Below, piece by piece: positions 23,358-35,090 of a stretch of 40,713 nucleotides of DNA. The DNA lies in NCBI RefSeq assembly GCF_001194135.2, contig NC_068981.1:32280733-32321445 (forward strand). Reading direction: 5' to 3'. The notes below the pieces were generated by a model. That model was not told the origin of the DNA, ran no database searches, and saw nothing but the letters and a program-made list of their open reading frames with translations. Both the position numbers and the translations under genes were made by a program. The stretch comes from Octopus bimaculoides (lineage: Eukaryota). Every line of letters starts with the position of its first letter. The stretch's first letter is position 1.

Positions 23358-23978
23358 CTAGAAAGAAAATGACGTTAACTCCAAGTGAATTTTCAATTAA
23401 TTATACATAATCCTATTAAGCGACAAGCAAACTGTGTACGCGACGTATCAGATAAAAAGTTAATATTTTAAAACAACGTTCAACCATAATCTATTTCCTT
23501 GCCGAGAAATATTTTTAAAAAATAATGCCATGCTCCACGAGAGGAAAATGCTTAAATATTTTGAAAAGTCGATTTCAACATTGAATATTAATAATGTAGG
23601 TTTTCTTTTTCTCATTCTTTCATCATATTCAGTAAGTGAAGAGATATACATTAATGCTTAAAAGCATTAGTTCGCAGCTAATCTCTGATCTATTTATCTT
23701 TCAATAACCTAGCTTGTTAGGTGACTTAGTTCAATTTGTGAACTGTTATTTGTTTTTAATTTTCTTCTGTGATAAACATTTAAACGGTTAAATTAGTTAA
23801 TATATGTTTTGGACAAAGATAAAAAAATATATATATGATGCTAGTTTTCTTATATATATTTTTCCATATTACTTTTTATGCTGTGGATAAAAATATAGGA
23901 CTCGAAATTCACCACAATTTCAGTGCCCTTACATATTTTCATGATATTCTCCCATGAAAACGTAAATATTCTAAAGGA

Positions 23979-24140
23979 CAGGGGTGACTTTATGTTTGAC
24001 AAAATTGCTTTGCACTCATGCGGTCTTGGATTCAGTCCTACTGCTCGCCACCGTTGGCAAGTATCTTGGTATCTTGTACTATAGCCTTGAGTAGACTAAA
24101 ACTAATTTGTTAGGCGGAAACTGAAAGAATCCTGTCGTAT
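23979..24140 (+). mobile_element. SINE family B head and core, followed by (TG)n
   Basis: GGATTCAGTCCTACTG...TTGGCAAGTATCTT...ACTATAGCC...CGGAAACTGAAAGAATCCTGTCGTAT. The TTGGGCAAG-like motif resembles the CORE-SINE domain. Confidence 0.7.
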
Positions 24141-25536
24141 GTGTGTGTGTGTGCGTGCGTGTGTGTGTGTGTGTGTGTGCGTGCGTGTGTATGTGTGCGT
24201 GCGTTTGTGNNNNNNNNNNTGTGTGCGTGCGTGTGTATGTGTGCGTGCGTGTGTGTGTGTTATATTTTCCTCTATTACTAGTTTCAGTTCGACAACTTCA
24301 GTCATGCTGTAGCACCGCTGTTAGCTTTGCTACGTATTCACTACTTGAAACCTCTGATATATGGCATTTGATGAATTTTCTGCAGCGAGGTCTATGATAC
24401 CTGAATGTCATAGACCAGGCGAAGCAACTGATCTCAAAATGAATCCAGGAGAAGTAGATACCAAAATTTCGACATCGATATGGCTTATCAATACCACGCA
24501 CTTGGATCGAACCAAAACTAACTGATTTTTCATCTTTGACTTATATGCAAATGGAGTGAAAATCATTTGATGTACCACGACGAAGCACATACAAAAGTAA
24601 ATTAAAGACAACCCTAGTAATGTAAACATTATCGATCACACATACACAGATTTATACCCGTAATTATCGGGGAGCTGAAGTGTATAACAAACTACCCTGG
24701 TAACAATCTTGAGAAAATAGAGTTCTAGAAACCAAAACGGAGAAAGTTAATTAGTAGATTACAGAAATATGAGATCAGTGGTTCTGTGAAAATATGTAAA
24801 ACGTTCAAAAAGTTTGGCGTGATTACATAGGAACCTTTAGGTATGCAATTATATGTAAGAGTATACAAACATAAAATAAAACAGATATCACATGCATTGA
24901 CTCCAAATAGTGCACACATACACAAAAGGGTGTACAAATTCTTTGTTGATGTTGTTGAAATTCTTAAATTCTAAGGAAAGAAACTTAGATCTAGATTAGA
25001 AACTGGCTCTTTCTCCATTAGCAAGAAATCTAGAAATAAACGAAATAATAATATACAAACCTGCTTCAGATATAAAATAAGTACAGTGGCGATAAAGATA
25101 CAAATTCAAACAATGATATATAAATGTGTGTGTGTCCGTGTGCATGTGTGAGTGTGGATATGTATATACTTATATATATTATTGCTAGACACAGGCATAA
25201 AAATTGACACGTATCATTTGGTTCTAAATGTATAATTTTTTCCATTTTTAGAATGCTATTTTGTGTCAGTATTAAAAAAATAACAAACAAACAAAATTAA
25301 AACAAACCCTAATTACATTTGTGTAAACTGCTGTAGATTGATTTATTTATTGTAAAACATTTTGTCTAAGTATATTTGAAATTTTCTCAAGTCTCCATTT
25401 GTTTCTATATGTATATTAATATACATATAATAATGTACTTACATGTACCTTTTATGTATATTCAATTCTTTTTTCTACGTTTACGTTAATGAATGCAGTA
25501 CTGTAAACAGAGAAAAGCAAGTCTAAATAAATGCAA

Positions 25537-25538
<2 letters not shown>

Positions 25539-25584
<46 letters not shown>
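25539..25584. repeat. (GATA)n microsatellite
   Basis: Direct reading. Confidence 0.97.
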
Positions 25585-25585
<1 letters not shown>

Positions 25586-26454
25586 CACACAGGCACACAG
25601 ACCGACAGTACTTGTGTCGTCCTTGGAAGTCGCTATATGTACGTACAATACGGCGACACAGCCATATATCAACTGTGATAACATTGTCATGTATATTAAA
25701 CTCCAACAAGATAACTTCAACAGTTAGACGGGATGTGAAGCTGCAAACACAACAATAGCAACGTATAATGACGTGTTGGTGTTAGAAAGAAAACAAAAAC
25801 ATGAGAACAGCAAGAACAAGATAGAAGTAGATGTTAGTAGCGAAAATGATATAAAAGATATCAGTGGTTGGTTGGTTGAAAGATGACAGAGAAGCAGTAA
25901 GAAGTTCTTGTGAAGTATGCATCTACCTCGGGCAACAATGCAACGAATTCTTGACATATTGCAGCCAACATATAAAGGAACATGTCCAACAGCGGTCAGC
26001 GTGGGAATATAAACAGATATAGACATACGTTGATAAAGACGCATACATATCTTATATTTTGCAACATACTCTTATACTTAATACATACATTGCTGTAGTC
26101 GCGATATTCACAGGCATTCTGCATGGCTTCGGGGCTGTTGATTTCAAGGAAACACCACCTGGCGACATACTGTTCTGTATAGAAAATTTTAACGAGCTGT
26201 TCACCGTTGCCATCAGTGTTGGTTCTTCATTCTCAGTGATTTTATTTTTCTCCTTCTTTTGCTTATTTTTCTTATTTTCCTTTTATCCGAAGATAGCACT
26301 TCTTTTAGTAATCTTCTCCCTTCTCCTTCCTATATATCATGTCTAATGTCATTATCATTGTTTGCCGCGACATTATGATCACACTTCTTGCCAAAAACAC
26401 CAGCATCATAATGTTCTTATCTTCTTCCAACTCACATTCATTTTAAACATAATT

Positions 26455-26507
<53 letters not shown>

Positions 26508-26508
26508 T
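26455..26508. repeat. (CAT)n microsatellite
   Basis: Direct reading; cryptic CAT/CAC repeats continue to about 26712. Confidence 0.95.
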
Positions 26509-27141
26509 ATCCTTACCATCTACCGTAACTTAATCATTTTCGTTTCTGTCATTATTATCATTCGCTACTTAGTCGTCTCCATTACCACTCTACCTACAAC
26601 CAGCACCACAACGGTCATCATAATTAATCATCAGCATTATCATCCTCCTCATCATCATCATCATCCTCACTAACATCATCGCCACCACCATCACCATCGT
26701 CGCCATCATAATTATATGGTTCTCTTCACTGGAATATAGAAGTAAACAGTTACCTGTTTTGTACAATATATGTGAGTGTGCATAGACATAGACACGCACA
26801 CGCATATATTTATATATCTGTAAATGTGTGTATCGTATGTATNNNNNNNNNNNNNNNNNNNNNNNNNNNNNNNNNNNNNNNNNNNNNNNNNNNNNNNNNN
26901 NNNNNNNNNNNNNNNNNNNNNNNNNNNNNNNNNNNNNNNNNNNNNNNNNNNNNNNNNNNNNNNNNNNNNNNNNNNNNNNNNNNNNNNNNNNNNNNNNNNN
27001 NNNNNNNNNNNNNNNNNNNNNNNNNNNNNNNNNNNNNNNNNNNNNNNNNNNNNNNNNNNNNNNNNNNNNNNNNNNNNNNNNNNNNNNNNNNNNNNNNNNN
27101 NNNNNNNNNNNNNNNNNNNNNNNNNNNNNNNNNNNNNNNNN

Positions 27142-27183
<42 letters not shown>

Positions 27184-27238
27184 TACTGGCAATTTATCTC
27201 GTACCTCCTTTACACCTATGAGTTTTCCCATCACATAC

Positions 27239-27295
27239 CTTTCAGGCAATGCTTGCTAAGAGATTCATCAATCGACTTTCATATCTTGGTCCATA
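27239..27295 (-). other. 57-nt exon-like segment with near-consensus splice sites but a stop in all three frames
   Basis: Acceptor GTCTTTATCGTTTCTTTTTAG| and donor AAG|GTATGT. Frames: YGPRYESRLMNLLASIA*K / MDQDMKVD** / WTKI*KSIDESLSKHCLK. Confidence 0.4.
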
Positions 27296-27748
27296 CTAAA
27301 AAGAAACGATAAAGACAAACCTTGTGTTTGACGATATATGAATTGATTTTTGTGACGTATAGTTGGTTGTCATGGTGTTTCAAGATCTGCCTTTTCATTT
27401 AATTAATTTGAAGTGTTTATACAAGATTTCTTCGCGTTATTATTTTTTTTTTCCTTGGTAAAGGTACCATTATGCAAAATCCCTGAAAGTGAAACTAATC
27501 TATATTTTCTTTTGTAATATCTTCAGACATTCACTGAAACCAGGATCCTTCATACTGAAGAACTCATACAGACATACGGTTTCATAAAACCATGAAACTA
27601 GTACAAGAACACAGAAGAATATAATAATAAACGGAAACCTCTTTGAAACAAAATAATTTTTAATGCAATAAATGAACTTCTCCCAAAATACACGCATGGT
27701 TAAACTATTCAGCAAGCACACATTTTCACATTGATATACATACATCCA

Positions 27749-27964
27749 AAGCGGTGAGCTGGTAGAAATGTTAGCACGCCGGGCGAAATATTTCGCGCTA
27801 TTTCGTCTGTCTTTAAGTTCTGAGTTCAACGTCCACCGAGGTCGACTTTGCTTGTCATCCTTTCGGGGTCAATAAATTAAGTACCAGTTGCTTACTAGGG
27901 TTGATCTAATTGACTGGCCTCCTCTCCAAAAATTTCAGGCCTTGTACCTAGAGTAGAAAAGAAT
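27749..27964 (+). mobile_element. SINE family A, full-length
   Basis: AAGCGGTGAGCTGGTAGAAATGTTAGCACGCCGGGCG...GAGTTCAAC...GGCCTTGTACCTAGAGTAGAAAAGAAT. Confidence 0.92.
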
Positions 27965-28519
27965 ATACATACATGCATATACACACAAAAACATAGACAC
28001 ATGCATAGAAATCTTACATAAACAAAAAGCAGTGAAAACACAACTGATGCCTGCTCTGTTTGTAGAGAACGAACTTATGAAGTGCTCCCCCACTACTTCT
28101 GCTCGTGATTCAAGATGTACATATCGTCGGCCACCAAGAGACATGCCCAACTAGTTAAGATCAAAAAACTGACTAGCAAATCTGTGCTACTGAAAAACAT
28201 ATTTGCTGTAGCCCATCGTTCATACCAGCGCAAAACATGTACATATCACTACCAATCAGTTGAGATTAAAAGCCATGTAAACCAGTGCCTGGTACTGCAT
28301 CAGGGCATTTATTATTATCATTTCTTCTTCTTCTTCTTCTTCTTTTTATTCTTCTTCTTATTATTATTATGTTGTTTTTTTTCTTCTTTCTTCAAATTTT
28401 CTTCCATATCTTACCGAGTGTTTTCCGTACACCTAGGGCAGAGAAACTCGTTGTATGCATTCCCAGTTTACACACGCAAATTCACAGGTAAAATATGTAT
28501 TTAAAAAAATTAAAAAATT

Positions 28520-28593
28520 ACTATTATTATTGTTGACATTATTATTATTATTATTATTGTTGTTATCATTTATTATTATTGTTATCATTATAC

Positions 28594-28625
<32 letters not shown>

Positions 28626-28666
28626 GTTGTTGTTATCATTTATTATTATTATTATCATTATAATTA

Positions 28667-28724
<58 letters not shown>

Positions 28725-28785
28725 CATCATTATTATTACTAATATTATTATTGTTGATATTATTATTATTATTGTTGTTGTTATC

Positions 28786-28825
<40 letters not shown>

Positions 28826-29049
28826 GCCTTTGCACAGCTTCTAACGCTGGACACNNNNNNNNNNNNNNNNNNNNNNNNNNNNNNNNNNNNNNNNNNNNNN
28901 NNNNNNNNNNNNNNNNNNNNNNNNNNNNNNNNNNNNNNNNNNNNNNNNNNNNNNNNNNNNNNNNNNNNNNNNNNNNNNNNNNNNNNCATTATTATTATTA
29001 TTATTATTGTTGTTGTTATCATTTATTATTATTATTATCATTATAATTA

Positions 29050-29107
<58 letters not shown>

Positions 29108-29168
29108 CATCATTATTATTACTAATATTATTATTGTTGATATTATTATTATTATTGTTGTTGTTATC

Positions 29169-29208
<40 letters not shown>
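28520..29208. repeat. Long compound (ATT)n/(GTT)n/(ATC)n array, partly duplicated across an N gap
   Basis: Direct reading; continuous with the (AAT)n tail of the LINE at 29209. Confidence 0.95.
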
Positions 29209-29555
29209 GCCTTTGCACAGCTTCTAACGCTGGACACGTATTACAGTGTCAGCTGTTCATTACCAGTGAACTAAGGTAACACCTATTATTTTTCGAGCAC
29301 CTTCCGGAATATTCGAGCGGTTCCAAGCAGTGCTGTTTTCTGCAAGTGCTCCACCCTTATTACGGCCCCTATTTCTTCCATCTACTTCCATGTCCTACCC
29401 AATGTCAACGACTCTGGTATTACTTGGTCGGCATTTAACAAGGTGTTGAGTTGCGCAGCTATTCGTGCTTGATATTCACCAAATCTTTTGATCCAGTTGC
29501 CTTGAACTCCATCTGGTCTCGGGGCCTTCCAGTTGATCATCTTTTTGATGATTCC
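29209..29555 (-). mobile_element. R4/Dong-like LINE A: short RT fragment fused directly to the C-terminus and 3'UTR
   Basis: IKKMINWKAPRPDGVQGNWIKRF...LNADQVIPESLTLGRT (about 29555-29392) joined to MEEIGAVIRVEHLQKTALLGTARIFRKVLEK*, 3'UTR and (AAT)n. Confidence 0.85.
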
Positions 29556-29576
29556 TTCATTATACGTTCTTTTCAT

Positions 29577-29957
29577 CTATGTTGTACTTTCCTGATTATT
29601 CTGGCTGTGTCAAGAAGGCCCTCTTTTGGTAACAGTTCTTCTGGGTACTCTATTCCAATTTCCTTTATATTCCCTTTGATGCCTTCTGGTACTGTTTGTT
29701 CCCAAGGACCCAACAATAATTGGCATTATCTTCACCTTCATTTTCTATTGCCGGGCTATTTCGTACTTAAGAGAGTTGTATTTACCTATCTTGGGCATAC
29801 AACATCAACTATATACCACATGTGGTGCACTTTGTCCGTCTCCGCTAGGTTCGATGTGTTATGTTCTAGCACCCGATCTGTTTGGATTGAGGAATCCCAG
29901 AGGATTTTGCTAGTCTCTGTTTCCACCAGTCTCTGCGGTTCGTGTTCATACCACGTC
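29577..29957 (-). mobile_element. R4/Dong-like LINE B: RLE-domain C-terminus
   Basis: TWYEHEPQRLVETETSKILWDSSIQTDRVLEHN...IVDVVCP...LKYEIAR...MPIIVGSLGT...LLDTARIIRKVQHR*. Confidence 0.85.
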
Positions 29958-29985
29958 TTCCTTCTCTATATACATATATATATAC

Positions 29986-30018
<33 letters not shown>

Positions 30019-30188
30019 TATATNNNNNNNNNNNNNNNNNNNNNNNNNNNNNNNNNNNNNNNNNNNNNNNNNNNNNNNNNNNNNNNNNNNNNNNNNNNNN
30101 NNNNNNNNNNNNNNNNNNNNNNNNNNNNNNNNNNNNNNNNNNNNNNNNNNNNNNNNNNNNNNNNNNNNNNNNNNNNNNNNNNNNNNNN

Positions 30189-30230
<42 letters not shown>

Positions 30231-30681
30231 ATTGTTTCCGGGGGCAAAGAAGAAAACGTCACAATAAAATACAGAAACAAAAGTTAAAACGAAGAAAGAC
30301 TTATATTCTGAATGTTGATGGAAAACAGCTGATCGTTACTTATATAAAATAAAGTCAAATGGCGCACAATATTCAATAGACAAAACTAGATTTTGAATGA
30401 TTTTGTCATTTATTTGACGAAACTCAGTTTGCGAATAATGGCATTTCTCAGGCGAAATAAGTTCGTAAAACACTTAGCTTACAGAGAGACATTACGCCAT
30501 TATATCTAATCTTCCTTAAGTCTCCAAAAGCTTTACAAAATGTAATCATACCTCCTCTTGATTCCTCTTTCTCACCTGTTTCTCTTCTTTTCTCGGCTCT
30601 TTATTTTTCTCGTTTGCATTTCTCTTGTCCTTACAGTTTCTTCTTTCACTATTTTCGATCCTACTTTTCTGTTTGTGCAAG

Positions 30682-30719
<38 letters not shown>

Positions 30720-32107
30720 GGCATTATTACAGAAAAATAATAACGCCACACAGTGGACTTCTCAAAATAACCACATTTAGTACCTAATGCGAGGAAAAAC
30801 AACCAACAGAAGACGACCAACTTTCTTTTAAATAAACTTAACTGTGTATCGACCGATTTCGTGATTACTAGAATGAATCTAGATTTCGTTCATCAACACA
30901 GTATTGTCCCAAAAATATATATAAATAAACAGAATTCTCAACTCACCAAAAACGAACATACTACGTATCCGACAGAGTAAAGGGAATGAAGTTTATCTGT
31001 ATATATTTTCATCAAAGAAGCGGGAATACTTCCGGGTTGCTTTTGGGTACACGTGTGGAGACAGGAATAAAAATTCTTGTAAAAGAGTTTTATCCCTTTT
31101 TGAATTTATTTATCAAATATTTACACGGAATATATTCAATGTTGATCTTTTTTTTTTTTTGTTAAAATTCGGTTACGAGGATTCACTCTAGATGTTTTAA
31201 TGGAGCAGCCATTGACAGTCAAATGCTTTAGATTGATCTCTAATTATATCGCTGTTGGTTGTTATTTGTGTCGTTATGCAACAAACTCCAGAAACCATAT
31301 ATCCCTATATGATACTCATGTCAAGTGGTTATGTAAATTTCTCAAATAGAGATTCACAAGCCAGACACCCAAATCTGTGGGTGCACTATTTTATCACTAT
31401 CCGTTGACCTAGCGAAAACTTTATCAAGATAGCAGCTGGATGACACAATAACTTTTACTTATGTCTACATTGGGTCTTTTGAGTAATTCCTATTGAATAA
31501 CTGGTATTAATTGTCCCATCTGAGAAAAAAAAATCCTATAACCAATACGATCGTTGCCTTGGATTAATAATGCAAAATATATCAGTTTCCATATACGGAA
31601 ATAAAGAATGTTTGCTCTATGTGATGTGCAATGAGGCCGATCCCAGACACATGGTTGCAAAACAATTTCTAAAACCACATTATCCCACATAGATTTTGGG
31701 TTAAGTAGCACAAAATAGAAACCTACGATCTTTAAAATCGTTGACAAACCAGTACAACCATTGGAGCAACAGAGTATTATGCATTCACCCACTTGGTTTT
31801 TATTTCAACTATTAACGGCATCGATGCCGTGAATATCTAAATTGCATTTCAACTTAGCCCAGGCTCACTAGCCTTACCGGTATCTCTTCGTTGCAGCAAG
31901 ACAATCACAAACATTCTTAACAACAGAGATCCCACATTAGCCAGTTTAATTTAACGTTCCAGCACAGACCGGCATTAGATTGGGATTTCCTTCTAGTCTA
32001 AACCGGAGGGTGTCAGCCTACTCATGACGTTCACGACGAAAATTTCAGCGCTATAATTTTTTTCAGTCTTCGGAAACATATATATCTATGGATGCTGCAT
32101 ATACATA

Positions 32108-32210
32108 AAACGGGCTTTTTTCAGTTTCCGCCCAGATAACTTTGGTTGGCCGTAGGCCCGAGGCTGCAGAAGAGAACACTTGGCCTTGGTACTACGCAGT
32201 GGGACTAAAT
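32108..32210 (-). mobile_element. SINE family B core fragment
   Basis: Reverse complement AGTCCCACTGCGTAGTACCAAGGCCAAGTGTTCTCTTCTGCAGCCTCGGGCC...CGGAAACTGAAAAAAGCCCGT, homologous to 23979-24140. Confidence 0.75.
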
Positions 32211-32240
32211 ACCGCACCTGCGATATATGTACGTACATAC

Positions 32241-32288
<48 letters not shown>

Positions 32289-32401
32289 CAGCAAACATGT
32301 TCATATGCATATATACATAACTCTTTTAGTTTTTTCCTCGATCCATTAACTGGAAAGAGGTCATGGTAGGTACAGCCTTCAAAAGGAAATCTAAAACCTT
32401 T

Positions 32402-32500
32402 GCTTACAACAACCATCTGAGCACTAACTAGGCTCTACGATGCTTAACTTCGGCGGTCGGACGAAAACTAATGTGTTCAAAGCGTACATATAAAGGACGT
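32402..32500 (-). pseudogene. 5S rRNA-derived pseudocopy with an internal deletion
   Basis: Reverse complement ...ACGCTTTGAACACATTAGTTTTCGTCCGACCGCCGAAGTTAAGCATCGTAGAGCCTAGTTAGTGCTCAGATGG-TTGTTGTAAGC. It follows metazoan 5S (CTCGTCCGATCACCGAAGTTAAGC...GTTAGTACTTGGATGG...GTGTTGTAAGC) and lacks about 20 nt of helix IV/V. Confidence 0.75.
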
Positions 32501-32743
32501 TCATATGTATGTGTGCGTATTCACGCGGTACTTGTGTATGTGTGTATGTGAGTGTGTATGTATGTATGTGTGTGTGTGTGTGTGTTTAAGTGTGTGTATA
32601 TGTAAGTCGCTCTAAATTATTTCAAGAAGCGAGGAACTCACGGCAGAGAGGGAGAGAAACTTAAACTTGTAGTAAAACCAACTATATTGAGTGTATTTGT
32701 TGCCTTTCTTCATCAAAACGACTTTACACACTTACTCACACAC

Positions 32744-32787
<44 letters not shown>

Positions 32788-32809
32788 NNNNNNNNNNNNN
32801 NNNNNNNNN

Positions 32810-32863
<54 letters not shown>
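32810..32863. repeat. (GATA)n microsatellite adjoining a gap and (TA)n
   Basis: Direct reading. Confidence 0.95.
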
Positions 32864-32864
<1 letters not shown>

Positions 32865-33270
32865 CGTGTTCATATGTATATGTGTATTTGTTTATGTGAG
32901 TGTGTTCTGCGTAATCCTTTATTATTGAAAAGAAAGGATGGGCATATTGACTAACGTTAATGACAAGAATATGAACTCTCAAGTATTATTTCGCTAAGAA
33001 AAAGTCTGATAATTGTCCGTTTATTCATCCATAGAATGTCATTGCTTTTCTGTCTTTTCGTCCACAGAAATGCCGTCGGCTAGAATATTGCTACAGTCAG
33101 TTTTGTCTGAACGGCCCAGTAGAGCGCACTGATGTAGAAGGCTACTGGTCAAGTGGAAAATTGTAGTAAAGGGTTGGCTTTAGACTAATGGTATTTAGAT
33201 TAGAAAAGAAAGACATGGAAACAATCAATAGTTAACATAAATAGAAATAGGAAAGATTAAGATGTAAGAG

Positions 33271-33271
<1 letters not shown>

Positions 33272-33358
<87 letters not shown>

Positions 33359-33360
33359 TA
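33272..33360. repeat. (GATA)n microsatellite
   Basis: Direct reading. Confidence 0.97.
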
Positions 33361-34153
33361 GAAATGGATGAGGAATTAGGAATGCGATTAATGAGAGATC
33401 TAGATAAAATCTAGCAGAGCGATATACGATATACAATACCGAATTAGAATCATCCAGAGAGTGATAAAGAGAGAAGAGGAAAGAGATTGAGGACTGGTGA
33501 GCGAGAGAGAGAGAAAGGAAAAAACAGTATGTTTTATATTATATATATATATATGTCCCTAAGCATATGTATGTGAATGTACGTCTTTGTATGTGCGTGT
33601 ATATTTTGAGTGCGTGTCTCGAACGTTTATGTGGATCTACGTACGAAAAATGAGTATATAAATAATATAAAAGGTGGTCTTATCTCTAAGCGGAATGTTA
33701 TTCGACTGATTTTCAGAAATTTCACTATTACCAGTAGATTTTAGCAACTTGCTCACAGACATGCTATTTTCAATATGTGCCTTTTATTATCACAACAGCT
33801 ATGTCTTCTGCACTTTCAAACTAGCAAGATGGCTACCAACAACAACCGTCTCAACCTTGTGCACCAACTTTCCCTGTACACATCACCCCTACCATATCTC
33901 ACTCACGTATCTTGCATTTCTTTCATTTATGTTTATTACTGACTTCAGCTTCTGGACTGCGGCCATACAGTGCCATTGCCTCCGTGGATTTTACTCTATT
34001 ATGTAGATCGTAGCACTTGGCTGCTACTTTTATCAACCATGCCAAATTCAAAGTGGTAGTTTGTTTAAATGTAGATATTTCTATTCAAATGAATCACTGT
34101 ACGTCATATAAATACATACTTACGTACGTACATACACATGCATACATACATTC

Positions 34154-34217
<64 letters not shown>

Positions 34218-34278
34218 NNNNNNNNNNNNNNNNNNNNNNNNNNNNNNNNNNNNNNNNNNNNNNNNNNNNNNNNNNNNN

Positions 34279-34349
<71 letters not shown>

Positions 34350-34924
34350 ACATGCACGGTAGTCTTCCGTATGCCTCCCATGTACCGAAAGGTTTTCAGC
34401 AATGAGACTAGACTTGAAGCCATGTTTGTAAACAAGTATCTTTGGAATTCCTGCAGTATGATTATTACATGTTTAAGCAGCATTTGATGAGGCAATGTTC
34501 AACAACTGAGCCAGGTTGCTGGGAAGTGGAAGATTAGAAATAAATCGTAAAATTGTAAACAAATAGCAATGTTGAGGAAGTAGATCAGGGAAAACTTAAC
34601 TAGGATAAGTCGGTGAGCTTAGAGCTAGACACCTAGATGGACATGTCTATGCCATAGGTCAGCGTCGAACACAGCTAAACAGAAGGTCTTGTTAAGTTGC
34701 TTGTCGTCTAGCTCGGTTCGAACCCCCACACGGATAGAAAGTCAGACGAGTCGCAAGGCTGCCCATCTCACCCATAAACAGGCCGAGAAATCTGTCTTTG
34801 AAAGGTCGGGCAGAGGTGATGCGTGCATATGTTATATCTGTCTAATCGTTGTTCTTTGTCCGATTTATCGTCTGGTCAGATGTGGTGCAGAGATGTATGT
34901 ATGTATATATCTATGTGTGAGTTT

Positions 34925-35090
34925 TTGTGCTTTGTTTGTCCAATCCCACCTACGCGCCGCCGATTGACTAGTGGGTTTGGTTTGTTTACGTCCCCATAAT
35001 ATAGCGGTTCGGCAAAAAGACCAGTACAATAAGTTCCAGACTTAAAATAAGTACTGGAGTCTGGTTATTCGACGAAACCCTTCAACTCAG
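34925..35090 (+). mobile_element. SINE family B 3' part
   Basis: TTTGTTTACGTCCCCATAATATAGCGGTTCGGCAAAAAGACC...AATAAGTACTGGAGTC. Confidence 0.7.

Noticed and set aside
26059-26346. Hydrophobic 95-aa plus-strand ORF resembling a membrane protein
   Set aside because: Hydrophobicity comes from a T/C-rich tract (antisense of purine-rich sequence). Several frames on both strands look equally plausible and none is recognisable.
28600-29236. About 250-bp exact duplication (ATT array plus GCCTTTGCACAGCTTCTAACGCTGGACAC) on both sides of the N gap at 28855-28986
   Set aside because: Identical copies flanking a scaffold gap are the signature of unmerged overlapping contig ends, i.e. an assembly artefact rather than a biological tandem duplication.
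30926-30975. Minus-strand candidate exon reading KLHSLYSVGYVVCSFL, reminiscent of class B GPCR TM1
   Set aside because: The acceptor is weak, no other GPCR exon was found, and the similarity is too short to support.
31815-31830. Perfect 16-bp palindrome ACGGCATCGATGCCGT
   Set aside because: About one perfect 16-mer palindrome is expected by chance in 40 kb, and there is no supporting context.
34695-34730. B-box/T-arm-like GGTTCGAACCC
   Set aside because: No A box or cloverleaf could be built on either strand; not a tRNA gene.
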